A program made the position numbers and the translations under genes. From Methanomassiliicoccales archaeon (GTDB taxonomy: Archaea; Thermoplasmatota; Thermoplasmata; Methanomassiliicoccales; UBA472), in the NCBI GenBank assembly GCA_036504055.1, contig DASXVU010000045.1, forward strand, positions 6,147 through 70,146: 64,000 bases of DNA, given 5' to 3'. Under the pieces are notes generated by a model. It was not told the origin of the DNA. It searched no databases and saw only the letters and a program-made list of their open reading frames with translations. Of this stretch, positions 1 through 12,330 are shown piece by piece (positions within the stretch are counted from its first letter, which is position 1; each line of letters begins with the position of its first letter).

Positions 1-2
1 AC

Positions 3-86
3 GCAAAGTTGGCGGAATTAGAGAGCAAGGCCGCATCCGGCAGTGGGGCGGCGAAGAAGAAGCTGGCCAAGATGCAAAAGAAATAA
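3..86 (+). CDS. 3' end of an unidentified CDS entering from upstream of the window (...AKLAELESKAASGSGAAKKKLAKMQKK*)
   Basis: Frame 3 is open from the window edge to TAA at 84-86. It is too short to assign a family. Confidence 0.3.
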   Translation, partial: AKLAELESKAASGSGAAKKKLAKMQKK

Positions 87-187
87 TCATGGGTCATGCA
101 AGTAATTATTTGGCACCGATGCTGGCTGGATATGTTTTCTAATGCCCAAGCGGTATGGCCAACAAGATCATCGGTGCCGATTCCTGC

Positions 188-754
188 CTACTTCTTATAT
201 CCCTTTCCGAACGAGAATGCCTTTGCCACGATCTCGCCGATGTGGCAATAGTTCTGACCGGCAAAAACGATAGGATCGATCTTCTCGATGTCCGGCATTC
301 CACCGGTCATGCATTCGGTCGCAACGTGAACGTCCATTATCTCACCAATGTGGAGATTGTGGCTTCCTAGCTCGAGCGTGTGACGGAGCTCGCACTCGAT
401 ATTGATCGGGAACTCGCTGATCAGAGGAGCGGTCTCCAGCTTTCCGTAGAACGACTCGAAGACCTTTGATTTGTCGGTCTTGCCGCCTGAAACAATACCA
501 CAATAGTCCAGCTCCAGGGCGTTCTTGGCCGACGGTATGTTAACGCTGAACGACCTGTTCTCCTGAATGCCCTTCTCGGTGTGCCTTGTCTTGTTGATCG
601 CAATCGCGATCATCGGAGGGTCCATGCATGCGACCCCGGTCCAGGCGACCACCATATAGTTCGGTTTTCCTCCGACGTTAGCACCGACCAGCACTGCAGG
701 CATTACCGACATATAGGGCCTGGGGCCCAAAGAAGTCTTCTTCATTTTCAACAC
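188..754 (-). CDS. Flavin reductase-like FMN-binding (split-barrel) protein
   Basis: The 188-aa ORF fits the flavin reductase domain pattern in length and sequence (MSVMPAVLVGANVGGKPNYMVVAWTG...MDPPMIAIAI). It ends in a TAG stop. Confidence 0.75.
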   Translation of the reverse strand: MLKMKKTSLGPRPYMSVMPAVLVGANVGGKPNYMVVAWTGVACMDPPMIAIAINKTRHTEKGIQENRSFSVNIPSAKNALELDYCGIVSGGKTDKSKVFESFYGKLETAPLISEFPINIECELRHTLELGSHNLHIGEIMDVHVATECMTGGMPDIEKIDPIVFAGQNYCHIGEIVAKAFSFGKGYKK

Positions 755-866
755 CTATTTTGTCTAAAACATTAATATTCATGGTATTTAGTTTTATTAG
801 AGAATGGAGTATTGAAGAGACCATCGGGTATCCAGCTCGGGTAAGGATTGGCGGTATGGATTCTAA

Positions 867-2585
867 TTACTCAGCATGAGGGTCCGAGTCTTGAAATCTC
901 CAATTGCCCTGGGGAACGACCATCTCGAACCTGGAACCCTTTCCTTCTTCGCCTGTCTCGGATATCGTTATGCCGGTCATTTTCAGTATTTCCCTGGACA
1001 TGTAGAGCCCCATGCCAGTGTTACTGCCGAATCCGCTTTCGAATATGCGTTCCTTGAGCTCCTTCTTGATCCCTTTGCCGTCATCCTGGAAGATGACCAC
1101 ACATTCCTTTCCGATCACTTTCGCCTCGACAACGATGGAATTGACTGTCTGGCCATGTCTCTTTGCGTTGTCCATAAGATTGTAGAACATGCGCTCGAGC
1201 ATCAGATCTGCATAGACCTCGAGCTTGCCGGTCCTTATGATGATGTTTACAGGTGAGAACGGACCAGTGTTGCGCACCTTGGTCAGCAGGATGTCTACCC
1301 GTTGCCATTCAGGTTGCTTGACCCCTACCGCCTGATATTCCCGGGCGAAAGCGAATTGATCGTCAATAAGAGCAGAGGCATCGATGATCGCCTTGGCGTA
1401 CCGTTCGATCTCCTCCGGTTTCGTTTTTCCACGGAAAAGGAGTTCCGCATATCCTCTCACCACGACCAGCTGGTTCTGGATATCGTGGCGGGTGATGTTC
1501 GAGAGTATGTTCAGCTTGGTGTTGGCACTCGTCAGGGCATCCTTCATGTTCTTCTCGGTGGTTATGTCGCGGACTATGAGGAGCCGACCGGTCGGACGGC
1601 CGGCACGATCGTTCATGGTGGAAACCTGAAGGTCGAAATACTTCGTGCTCTCGCCCTTCTTCACGGTCAGTTCGGAATGGCTCTTGGACAACGCATCAGG
1701 GTATTGGTCTGGGTATAACCATGAGATCTCGTCTTCGACATTCTTCTTGAACACCTCGGTCAACCGTTTTCCGATCATGTTCTCCGCTGATGGATTGATG
1801 TGCACGATCAATCCCTTGTTGTTGATCACGATCGCCCCTTCGTTCATCGTGCCCATCACGATGTCCAGGGCGATCGGCATGATGTCGTTCAATTCATACT
1901 TGAACAACCCGAAGAACATCATTATTCCAGCGACCAGGAAAGATAAGATAACCACCATCGTAAGGCTTATTTCAGCAAATCCGAAGTAGCCAATGGTGAG
2001 GATCAAAAGAGGTAATGTAGAGGTCAGGATTAGATACCTGACCTGTTTGCGAATCATCTGCCCCGACTTGAGGTAGACCATGAAGAGGCAGGATAAGGCA
2101 TAAAAATAAACAATTACCATATAAATCATAGAGCCAATGAATAGCGGCCCATATGAAGCATCGAAGGAACCGAAACCGTCTCCTCCTCTGATACTGGTAT
2201 AGAACAGATGATGCCAATCATTTGTATATAGGGATATTAACATGAAGATTGGAAATATAAAAAGCAGGAATGTGGCTCTCCTGTCGGTCCATCGTTCATT
2301 GCCCGTGTAACCCATTATGAAAAGGAAATAGAGAGGCGCCAAGGAAACGTTGGATATGTATTCGAGATCGTTCCAGAGCAATTTTGCCCCCAGGTCCGGA
2401 GCAAGGATCTCCATGAGGAACGTCACAGAAAGGAAGGCGACTGCCAATGCTAGAGCTAAGAACGGCTTTTTGTATGGGAGAGTGCTCTTCAAGTAGGTGA
2501 GGGAGGCTGCCACTAAGAAAATGACGGCGGTCAAGACGAGGGCGAATCCTAAAAAGAATTCCATGACCATTGTACGTCCGTACAT
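867..2585 (-). CDS. Membrane sensor histidine kinase (multi-TM N-terminal sensor, PAS, H-box, HATPase_c)
   Basis: The first ~230 aa contain about 7 hydrophobic helices. A PAS-like segment follows (MNEGAIVINNKGLIVHINPSAENMIG). The H-box is ITRHDIQNQL and the ATPase N/G boxes are NLMDNAKRHG and GFGSNTGMGLYMSREI. Confidence 0.85.
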   Translation of the reverse strand: MYGRTMVMEFFLGFALVLTAVIFLVAASLTYLKSTLPYKKPFLALALAVAFLSVTFLMEILAPDLGAKLLWNDLEYISNVSLAPLYFLFIMGYTGNERWTDRRATFLLFIFPIFMLISLYTNDWHHLFYTSIRGGDGFGSFDASYGPLFIGSMIYMVIVYFYALSCLFMVYLKSGQMIRKQVRYLILTSTLPLLILTIGYFGFAEISLTMVVILSFLVAGIMMFFGLFKYELNDIMPIALDIVMGTMNEGAIVINNKGLIVHINPSAENMIGKRLTEVFKKNVEDEISWLYPDQYPDALSKSHSELTVKKGESTKYFDLQVSTMNDRAGRPTGRLLIVRDITTEKNMKDALTSANTKLNILSNITRHDIQNQLVVVRGYAELLFRGKTKPEEIERYAKAIIDASALIDDQFAFAREYQAVGVKQPEWQRVDILLTKVRNTGPFSPVNIIIRTGKLEVYADLMLERMFYNLMDNAKRHGQTVNSIVVEAKVIGKECVVIFQDDGKGIKKELKERIFESGFGSNTGMGLYMSREILKMTGITISETGEEGKGSRFEMVVPQGNWRFQDSDPHAE

Positions 2586-2720
2586 CTTGGGAAGATAAAG
2601 AAATCCTATTCCGATTCTAGTTCCTGATAACGTCTGACGTTCATTGCCAGCATGACAATGGCAATGATCGAGCCCATCAATTGACCCAATATGTACGACC
2701 TGTTATTCCTTCTCCGATAC

Positions 2721-3281
2721 CTAACCGTGCTGTGGGCACCCCTTCATATGGTCGTTCACCAGCCCGACGGCCTGCATGAACGAATAGATGATCGTAGGGC
2801 CGACGAAATTGAACCCTCTCTTCTTCAGATCCTTGCTCAATTCCCTTGACTCAGGAGACTCGGTCGGTATCTCGTTCATGCCACTATACTCGTTCATGAT
2901 CGGCTTGCCTCCGATAAAGCCCCATAGATATTTGTCAAAACTGCCGAACTCCTCCTGTATCCTTAGAACGCCCTTGGCATTGTTGACCGCCGCCTCGATC
3001 TTGCGCCAATTCCTGATGATCCCCGGGTTGGACATCAGCTCCTTGGCCTTCTTATCGTCGTATTGGGCGACCTTCGATGGCTCGAAGTTGTCGAACGCCT
3101 TCCTATAAGCGTCACGCTTCATGAGGACCGTCCTCCAGCTCAATCCAGCTTGGGCTCCTTCCAAAATGAGGAACTCGAACAGAAGCCGGTCGTCGTGGAC
3201 GGGCCTGCCCCACTCTTGGTCATGATATTTCTTCATCTCGGGATCGCTGTTAGCCCAGGCGCAACCGCATTCGTCTACCAT
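2721..3281 (-). CDS. tag: DNA-3-methyladenine glycosylase I
   Basis: The N-terminus CAWANSDPEMKKYHDQEWGRPVHDDRLLFEFLILEGAQAGLSW is the typical Tag signature. The length is 186 aa. Confidence 0.9.
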   Translation of the reverse strand: MVDECGCAWANSDPEMKKYHDQEWGRPVHDDRLLFEFLILEGAQAGLSWRTVLMKRDAYRKAFDNFEPSKVAQYDDKKAKELMSNPGIIRNWRKIEAAVNNAKGVLRIQEEFGSFDKYLWGFIGGKPIMNEYSGMNEIPTESPESRELSKDLKKRGFNFVGPTIIYSFMQAVGLVNDHMKGCPQHG

Positions 3282-3636
3282 CAGATACTAAGTTAGGGGC
3301 TCTAGAATATAACGTTAATTATAGGGTAGACGAATGTACCTGCCATCTGCAAGAAATCGTGTGAGGAAGTAATGACTGTTCTTATTCGTCATTTGACGTT
3401 TACAACATACGTCCGATAATTCGGTCTGGATTGGTCGGAATTGTCGAGGCCTCTTGGTTTCTTCGTACGGCTATCCATCGCCGTATGGCTCCTCCTGTGG
3501 TTCCCGTAAATTATTACGAATTTCGTGGCTAACCACCCTTGACTTCGACAACTGACGTTTGTTCTTGTGTACAGATTCCGATTCATTTAAATTCCCCTTG
3601 TTCGTTCCCGAAAAAACCAATCCGACAGATGATCAA

Positions 3637-5733
3637 ATGAAGGCACTATTCGAACCAAATTCCATAGCCGTGGTCGGAGCCTCTGCGGAAGAGCGCAAGA
3701 TCGGGCACATAATGTTCAGAAATCTGATCGCATCGGAGTTCAAGGGCGAACTGTACCCGATCAATCCGAAGGCTGCCGAGATACTCGGCCATAAAGCCTA
3801 TCCCACACTTATGGCCGTACCTGATCCCATCGATCTGGCCATCATTACGGTACCGAGCACCTTCGTTCCCTCGGTGATGGAGGATGCGGGAAAGAAAGGG
3901 ATCAAGGATGTGATCATCATCACCGCCGGCTTCAAAGAGCTCGGAAAGGAAGGCGCGCATCTAGAGAAACAGATCGGTGATATCGGAAAGAAGTACGGCA
4001 TCCGGATATTGGGGCCGAACTGTATGGGCATCATCAACGCCCACCACAACATGAACGCTACCTTCACGAACATCTATCCCAAGGCGGGTCCGGTCGCCAT
4101 CAGTTCCCAATCGGGCGCGGTGTGCAGCTCCATGTTAGACTGGGCCACCAAGTCCAAGGTTGGCTTTTCCAAGTTCGTCAGCACCGGCAACAAGGTGGAT
4201 ATCGACGAGTCGGATCTTCTCACCTACTTTAGGGACGACGACCAGACCAAGGTCATCGGGATGTACATAGAAGGGGCGAACAGAGGCAAGGCATTCATGA
4301 GGAGCGCCCTTAAGACCAGCAGGCAGAAGCCCATAATCGTCCTGAAATCCGGAAGGACCAGCTGCGGTTCGAAGGCAGCCTCTTCGCACACTGGAGCATT
4401 ATCCGGCAGTGATAAGGTGTATGATGCCGCCTTCAGGCAATCGGGAATAATAAGGGTCAGCACGATCGACGAGATGTTCGACCTGCTGCAGGTCTTCGCC
4501 AACATGCCATTGCCCAAGGGAGACGGGCTGGCGATCGTGACCAATGCCGGTGGCCACGGCGTAATGGCGGCAGACGCCTGTTCTGACTATGGTCTTACGC
4601 TGGCGCAGTTTACCAAGGAGACCATCGATAAACTGAAGGCTACCCTGCCCGGCGAGGCGAACATCTACAATCCGGTCGACGTGTTGGGAGACGCCACCGC
4701 CGCCAGGTATGAGTTTGCCATCAAAACGGTCATGGAGGACCCCAACGTACATTGCGTTGCGGTGCTCTTGTCCCCGCTGGATACCGTCGATATCAGCGCG
4801 GTGGCCCATCTGGTATCCTCTTTTGCCGGCCAGGTCCCGATGCCGATCGTGGCCGCCTTCGTTGGAGGTCAGAAGACATCCAAAGGCATCGACCTGTTGA
4901 GGGAGGCAAACATCCCTAACTATGAATCTCCGGACAAGGCCATCAGGGCCCTCGGGGCCATGGTCAAATACAAGAAGATAAGGGAGGAGATCAAGGACAC
5001 CATCATCCTCACGGTGGAGGGCGATAAGGAACGGGTGCGTGAGGTACTGGACAAGGTCCATGCCGAAGGAAGGACCTCCCTATCCGAGAGCGAGGGCAAG
5101 GAAATCCTCAAGGCATACGGAGTGGGGGTGCCTATGGAAGTCACAGCCAGGACGGCAGAGGATGCCGCGAACGCGGCCGCCAAGATCGGCTTCCCGGTGG
5201 TCCTGAAGATCGACTCGCCTGATATCGCGCACAAGTCAGATGTCGGAGGGGTAGTGGTGGGGGCGGCCTCAGAGGAAGCCGTCAGGAACGACTTCGAATT
5301 GATGATGTCGAAGGTGGCAAGCCGCGTACCGGGAGCAAAACTGAACGGCGTCACGGTGTGCCAAATGGTGAAGGGCAAAGAGGTCCTGGTCGGAATGACC
5401 CGGGATGAGCAGTTCGGGCCTGTCATAACGTTCGGACTGGGCGGAGTGTTCGTTGAGATCATGAAAGATGTTTCCCAACGCATCGCTCCATTGACGCAAT
5501 ACAACGTCGAATCGATGATAAAATCTATCAAATCCTACCCCATCTTAACTGGTGCGAGGGGCGGGAAGATGGCGGATGTCCACGCTTTGAAAGAGGCGCT
5601 CGTCCGCATTTCACAGATCGCGATCGATTTCCCCGAGATCTCCGAGTTGGAGGTCAACCCGGTAATGGTGGGGGACGAAGGAAAGGGCTGCTACGCGGTT
5701 GACGCGCTGGTGACCATAAGGAGGATGAACTGA
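3637..5733 (+). CDS. acd: ADP-forming acetyl-CoA synthetase (acetate--CoA ligase, fused alpha-beta, NDP-forming acyl-CoA synthetase family)
   Basis: A CoA-binding/succinyl-CoA-synthetase-like N-terminus (SIAVVGASAEERKIGH..., ...SGRTSCGSKAASSHTGALSG) is followed by a C-terminal ATP-grasp part (GFPVVLKIDSPDIAHKSDVGGV). I moved the start from the track position 3559 to the ATG at 3637 (MKALFEPNSIAVVGAS). Confidence 0.85.
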   Translation: MKALFEPNSIAVVGASAEERKIGHIMFRNLIASEFKGELYPINPKAAEILGHKAYPTLMAVPDPIDLAIITVPSTFVPSVMEDAGKKGIKDVIIITAGFKELGKEGAHLEKQIGDIGKKYGIRILGPNCMGIINAHHNMNATFTNIYPKAGPVAISSQSGAVCSSMLDWATKSKVGFSKFVSTGNKVDIDESDLLTYFRDDDQTKVIGMYIEGANRGKAFMRSALKTSRQKPIIVLKSGRTSCGSKAASSHTGALSGSDKVYDAAFRQSGIIRVSTIDEMFDLLQVFANMPLPKGDGLAIVTNAGGHGVMAADACSDYGLTLAQFTKETIDKLKATLPGEANIYNPVDVLGDATAARYEFAIKTVMEDPNVHCVAVLLSPLDTVDISAVAHLVSSFAGQVPMPIVAAFVGGQKTSKGIDLLREANIPNYESPDKAIRALGAMVKYKKIREEIKDTIILTVEGDKERVREVLDKVHAEGRTSLSESEGKEILKAYGVGVPMEVTARTAEDAANAAAKIGFPVVLKIDSPDIAHKSDVGGVVVGAASEEAVRNDFELMMSKVASRVPGAKLNGVTVCQMVKGKEVLVGMTRDEQFGPVITFGLGGVFVEIMKDVSQRIAPLTQYNVESMIKSIKSYPILTGARGGKMADVHALKEALVRISQIAIDFPEISELEVNPVMVGDEGKGCYAVDALVTIRRMN

Positions 5734-6734
5734 TGAGACCATTATTCCTAAGCTCGGTGTTCGAAAACTCTGGAAAAAGCATGGTGGCGCTAGGTCTGGC
5801 TAAGAACTACAAAGGCAAGGTCGGCTATTTCAAGCCGTTCCGCGAGGATGTCCTGTGCATAGACAACCGGGTCGTCGACCGGGATGCCTACCTGATGAAG
5901 AAGGCCCTGGACCTGGAGGCCTCGGAGGAAATGCTGTCCCCACTGAAGTATGATATCTTCAGTCCGGTCAGCATGGATGCCATAACGACTGGCTATGATC
6001 GCGTGAAGGGAGATGCGGAATTCATGATCGTGGAGTCACCCCAGCTCTTCACCACCGGTGCGCTTCACCGGGTCGAGGGTGTAAGCATCGCCCAGGCGAT
6101 CGGAGCGGATATCATTCTGATCGCGACCGATGAGCCGGATGCGCTGGACAAGGTAGCGCACCATGCCAGGCTGATGGAGAAGTCCGGGCTCAAGCTTAAG
6201 GGGGTCATCCTGAACAAGTCGGACGACCCGGCAGTGGAAAGACTTCTGGAGGGAGCGGGCGTGAGGGTCCTCGGTTCCATACCGGTAGCCCGTGAGCTGG
6301 GATACTTGCATGTCAGCGAGATCGCCGAGGCACTGAACGCTGAGGTCCTTGCCGGCGAGGAAGGCCTGGAACGGACCATTGAGAAGAGGATGGTCGGTGG
6401 CATGACCGCCGAATCGGCGATGAAGGACATGCGCCGCCTGCCCCGTAAGGCCATGATCGCCGGTGGCGACCGGTCGGACATGCTGACCGCGGCATTGGCC
6501 ACAGACACATCCTGTCTTATCCTGACCGGAGGCCTATACCCAGCCAGGCAGATCTTGGCGAAGGCTGACGAGCTCAAGATACCGGTGCTCCTGGTCGGAC
6601 ACTCGACCGCTGTCACCGCTGAAATGGTCGACCGCCTCATCGCCAGGATCAACCCGAATGACGCGGACAAGATCGAGCACATCGCCGACCTGGTCCGCCG
6701 GCACGTCAACCTCGAAGCGATCTGGGGCGACTGA
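5733..6734 (+). CDS. Pta N-terminal-like protein (BioD-like P-loop fold plus DRTGG domain), no phosphotransacetylase catalytic domain
   Basis: The N-terminus is MRPLFLSSVFENSGKSMVALGLA. A DRTGG-type motif (IAGGDRSDMLTAAL) and LILTGG are present. The start ATG shares one base with the acd TGA (TGATG). Confidence 0.7.
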   Translation: MRPLFLSSVFENSGKSMVALGLAKNYKGKVGYFKPFREDVLCIDNRVVDRDAYLMKKALDLEASEEMLSPLKYDIFSPVSMDAITTGYDRVKGDAEFMIVESPQLFTTGALHRVEGVSIAQAIGADIILIATDEPDALDKVAHHARLMEKSGLKLKGVILNKSDDPAVERLLEGAGVRVLGSIPVARELGYLHVSEIAEALNAEVLAGEEGLERTIEKRMVGGMTAESAMKDMRRLPRKAMIAGGDRSDMLTAALATDTSCLILTGGLYPARQILAKADELKIPVLLVGHSTAVTAEMVDRLIARINPNDADKIEHIADLVRRHVNLEAIWGD

Positions 6735-6893
6735 GGTCGATTGTCCGCCTTCAGGGCAAGACCAAACTCTTTCCATACTCCATTTCTGCTGGGATGAACC
6801 ATTACCTGGGTTGATATCACTGAGTGTTATTTTCTTCCTAGCAGATATATACCCATAAATGGCTGAACGAGGGTTGTAGGTGGGTAGTTCCTC

Positions 6894-8411
6894 GTGGAGA
6901 AAAGTTCAGGGATGCTTCCAGAAGAGCTGAGAAAATTCTTCTTGGCGACCGGGGGTCATTCTTTGATCCTACGTGGGAATGCAGGCGTGGGTAAGACCAC
7001 TTTTGCATTGCAGGCGATCGAGGAGATCGACGAGATCGATAATTCCTTCTACTTCTCCACCAGGGTGTCGGACGCCCTCCTACTAACCCAATTTCCCTGG
7101 CTTGCCGACAAGGTCTATGGAGAGGATGTTGGTGAAAGCATTCGGACAGAGATGCTGCGCAAACAGGAGGAGGAACTGGTCCAGGAGGCGGCACCTGCTA
7201 CCTCCGATGAAGAATCGGAAGGACCGAAGAGACCCTGGTTCAGCAGGATGAAGCTAGTCTGGGGAACCGGGATCAACCTTAGGATGGGTCAGAATCTGCA
7301 ACAGACCAGGGTCGAGCTGGCACCGTTGGAGAAGATCTACGAGGCCCTTGAGAGTTGCGGCAGCGAACGCACCTTGGTCGTTGTTGACAGCGTGGACGCC
7401 ATGGCCGAGACCTGCGGGATCAATCAGGCATCGCTGATCACCACGATACAGAAGGACCTGGTGGAGCGACGCCGGGCTAATTTCATTTTCATACTGGAGA
7501 GCAACGACCGGTACCTGGACTATCTGGGTGACGGTGTGATAGAGATGTCCGTCACGGACCATCACCGAAGAAGGCTGAGGGAGATGAGCCTTCTCAAACT
7601 TCGAGGGACCCAGATCGGACAACCAAAGTACCTGTTCACCTTGAACGGAGCCAGGATCAGGACGTTCCCGGACAGGCCGGAATCGATGGTCATGAAAAGG
7701 AGATGGACCCCCATACCGGATGTGTCCGGGCGCGTGTCCCTGGGATTGAAGGACCTGGACCGGATGATGCAGAACGGCATCCTACCAGGATCGATCGTGC
7801 TGGTCGAGCTGGGACCGGATGTCCCTCCCGGCGCCTGCAGTCTGCTGGAGCAATCGATGGTCGCCAATTTCGCCTCTCTCGGTCGGGGGGTGCTGTGGCT
7901 ACCGACCAAGAAGGAGACATCGGGTGGGGCCAAGGAGAGGATGAACGGACTAATCGGCGATGAACGGTTCGCGCGACTGGTCCGCATACCGGAAGTGGCT
8001 TCCCAGATCGAAGGGGCAAATGACGCATACATCATGCCGGTCGAAGGGAACGACGTGGAAACCGACCTTCGTTGGAAATCGATATCGTTCTCTCTCAAGG
8101 GAACCTCCACGCCGCTGCTGTCGATCATCGGATTCGATACACTGGAATCTATCTACGGTGCGAACGTCATGGACAGTTTCACCGATCACGTGGCCTCAGT
8201 TAAGCGCAACAAGGCGGTGCTGGTCGGATTCGTCTCACACTCAGGTCGGTCGAGGGACAAATTGGTGGACCTTGCGACCCACCGGATCAGATTGGACCGG
8301 ATCGGAGGGACGACGGTCGTTTACTGCGTGGAACCGTTCACGGAATGCAACGCGATCGTGGTGGATAGGCAGGGAGACAACCCCGAGATCTCCCTTGTCC
8401 CTATCGTCTGA
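6894..8411 (+). CDS. KaiC/RecA-superfamily ATPase, GvpD-like, two tandem RecA-like domains (the second lacks a P-loop)
   Basis: Walker A is LRGNAGVGKTTFALQ and Walker B is RTLVVVDSVDAM. The C-terminal half repeats the fold (GSIVLVELGPDVPPGACS...) without GxxGxGKT. The GTG start is at 6894, with an alternative ATG at 6912. Confidence 0.65.
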   Translation: MEKSSGMLPEELRKFFLATGGHSLILRGNAGVGKTTFALQAIEEIDEIDNSFYFSTRVSDALLLTQFPWLADKVYGEDVGESIRTEMLRKQEEELVQEAAPATSDEESEGPKRPWFSRMKLVWGTGINLRMGQNLQQTRVELAPLEKIYEALESCGSERTLVVVDSVDAMAETCGINQASLITTIQKDLVERRRANFIFILESNDRYLDYLGDGVIEMSVTDHHRRRLREMSLLKLRGTQIGQPKYLFTLNGARIRTFPDRPESMVMKRRWTPIPDVSGRVSLGLKDLDRMMQNGILPGSIVLVELGPDVPPGACSLLEQSMVANFASLGRGVLWLPTKKETSGGAKERMNGLIGDERFARLVRIPEVASQIEGANDAYIMPVEGNDVETDLRWKSISFSLKGTSTPLLSIIGFDTLESIYGANVMDSFTDHVASVKRNKAVLVGFVSHSGRSRDKLVDLATHRIRLDRIGGTTVVYCVEPFTECNAIVVDRQGDNPEISLVPIV

Positions 8412-8486
8412 TCGGCCATTTTACGGCAAAAATGGGTTAACGCCCTTCAATATGTTTATTTCGTTTGATGATATCTTTGCACTGCC

Positions 8487-8681
8487 ATGTCAGCTGATAT
8501 CTCTGGAAACAAGCGATGCCTATGGCATGCAGAGGATGGCCGCTGTGCCAATTGCAAGGCCAGACGTTTCCGGCATGATGCCTTGGGAATGAAGGAAGAT
8601 TACGGGGAATGCGTCCCGCAATCGGATTATGGGACTTGCGAGTTCTACAAGGAAAAGCCAGTTCCGCCCAAGAAACCTTAA
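8487..8681 (+). CDS. Small Cys-rich hypothetical protein (64 aa; C-x8-C-x2-C-x18-C-x8-C)
   Basis: The ORF is preceded about 30 nt upstream by an AT-rich TATA-like box (aatatgtttatttcg). It ends 15 nt before the HEAT-repeat gene. I recognise no family. Confidence 0.4.
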   Translation: MSADISGNKRCLWHAEDGRCANCKARRFRHDALGMKEDYGECVPQSDYGTCEFYKEKPVPPKKP

Positions 8682-8696
8682 TTGCGAATATAGTCG

Positions 8697-9254
8697 ATGA
8701 CCAGGTCAACCACCATGTCCCCCTCCATCAACCGGCTGAACTCCGATATCCTACTAGACGATGAGGAGAAGAGGGCCGGTGCACTGAAAGACCTGGCCGA
8801 ACTGGCCCAGAACAACGCAGGCGAACTTTCTTCAATACCACCATTGCTGGTCGTTCTGGAGGAGGGATCGGACGCCTGCCGGGAAATGGCCTCGTGGACC
8901 CTGGGAAAGCTGGCGCAATCAGGGGTTGGAGACCTTTCAGAATTGGATCCGTTGATCGAAGCCCTTCATGATCCGGACGGAGAGGTCAGGGAGAACAGCG
9001 CCTGGGCCCTCGGAGAGCTGGCCGGCCAACGCATCGGGGCTAGGGAGGAGCTTGAGCCGATAACGGCCCTGCTTAAGGAGGACGCGGCAACCACTCGGGG
9101 AATGGCGGCATGGGCCCTGGGAAGGCTTGCCCAGCGCATGAGCCTAGTGGATATGAGGTCGATCGCCCCGATCGAGTCTCTGGTCTCGGACAAGAGCAAG
9201 TACGTAAGCAAAGGGGCTGAGTATGCCCTGCAACGCATGAAAGAGAAGATCTGA
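8697..9254 (+). CDS. HEAT-repeat (PBS-lyase HEAT-like) protein
   Basis: Repeated ...(A/S)WALG(K/E/R)LA... units are seen: REMASWTLGKLAQ, RENSAWALGELAG, RGMAAWALGRLAQ. Confidence 0.75.
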   Translation: MTRSTTMSPSINRLNSDILLDDEEKRAGALKDLAELAQNNAGELSSIPPLLVVLEEGSDACREMASWTLGKLAQSGVGDLSELDPLIEALHDPDGEVRENSAWALGELAGQRIGAREELEPITALLKEDAATTRGMAAWALGRLAQRMSLVDMRSIAPIESLVSDKSKYVSKGAEYALQRMKEKI

Positions 9255-9276
9255 CCGGACGGAGTTTCATGTCCCG

Positions 9277-12101
<2,825 letters not shown>

Positions 12102-12330
12102 TTACTCTTCTCAATTCCTTTTCGTTCTTCCAACCTAGTAGGGACATGTATTCACTATCGTTAATCATTGAAATACAGATTTCACTGGTAATATTTGAAT
12201 ATTATCAAAGAGAAATCGCTGTTAACATTCAATACGAATTTCGAGAGGATTTCTTACCCGGTATACAAATCTTGAATCACCAGCAACAATGAAAACGATA
12301 GGGTTTCCGTAGAATACTTTAGAATTAATA

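Noticed and set aside
2606-2677. 23-codon minus-strand mini-ORF (MGSIIAIVMLAMNVRRYQELESE) between tag and the histidine kinase.
   Set aside because: It is too short, its hydrophobic stretch is too short for a TM helix, and no start context or conservation can be assessed. I treated it as chance.
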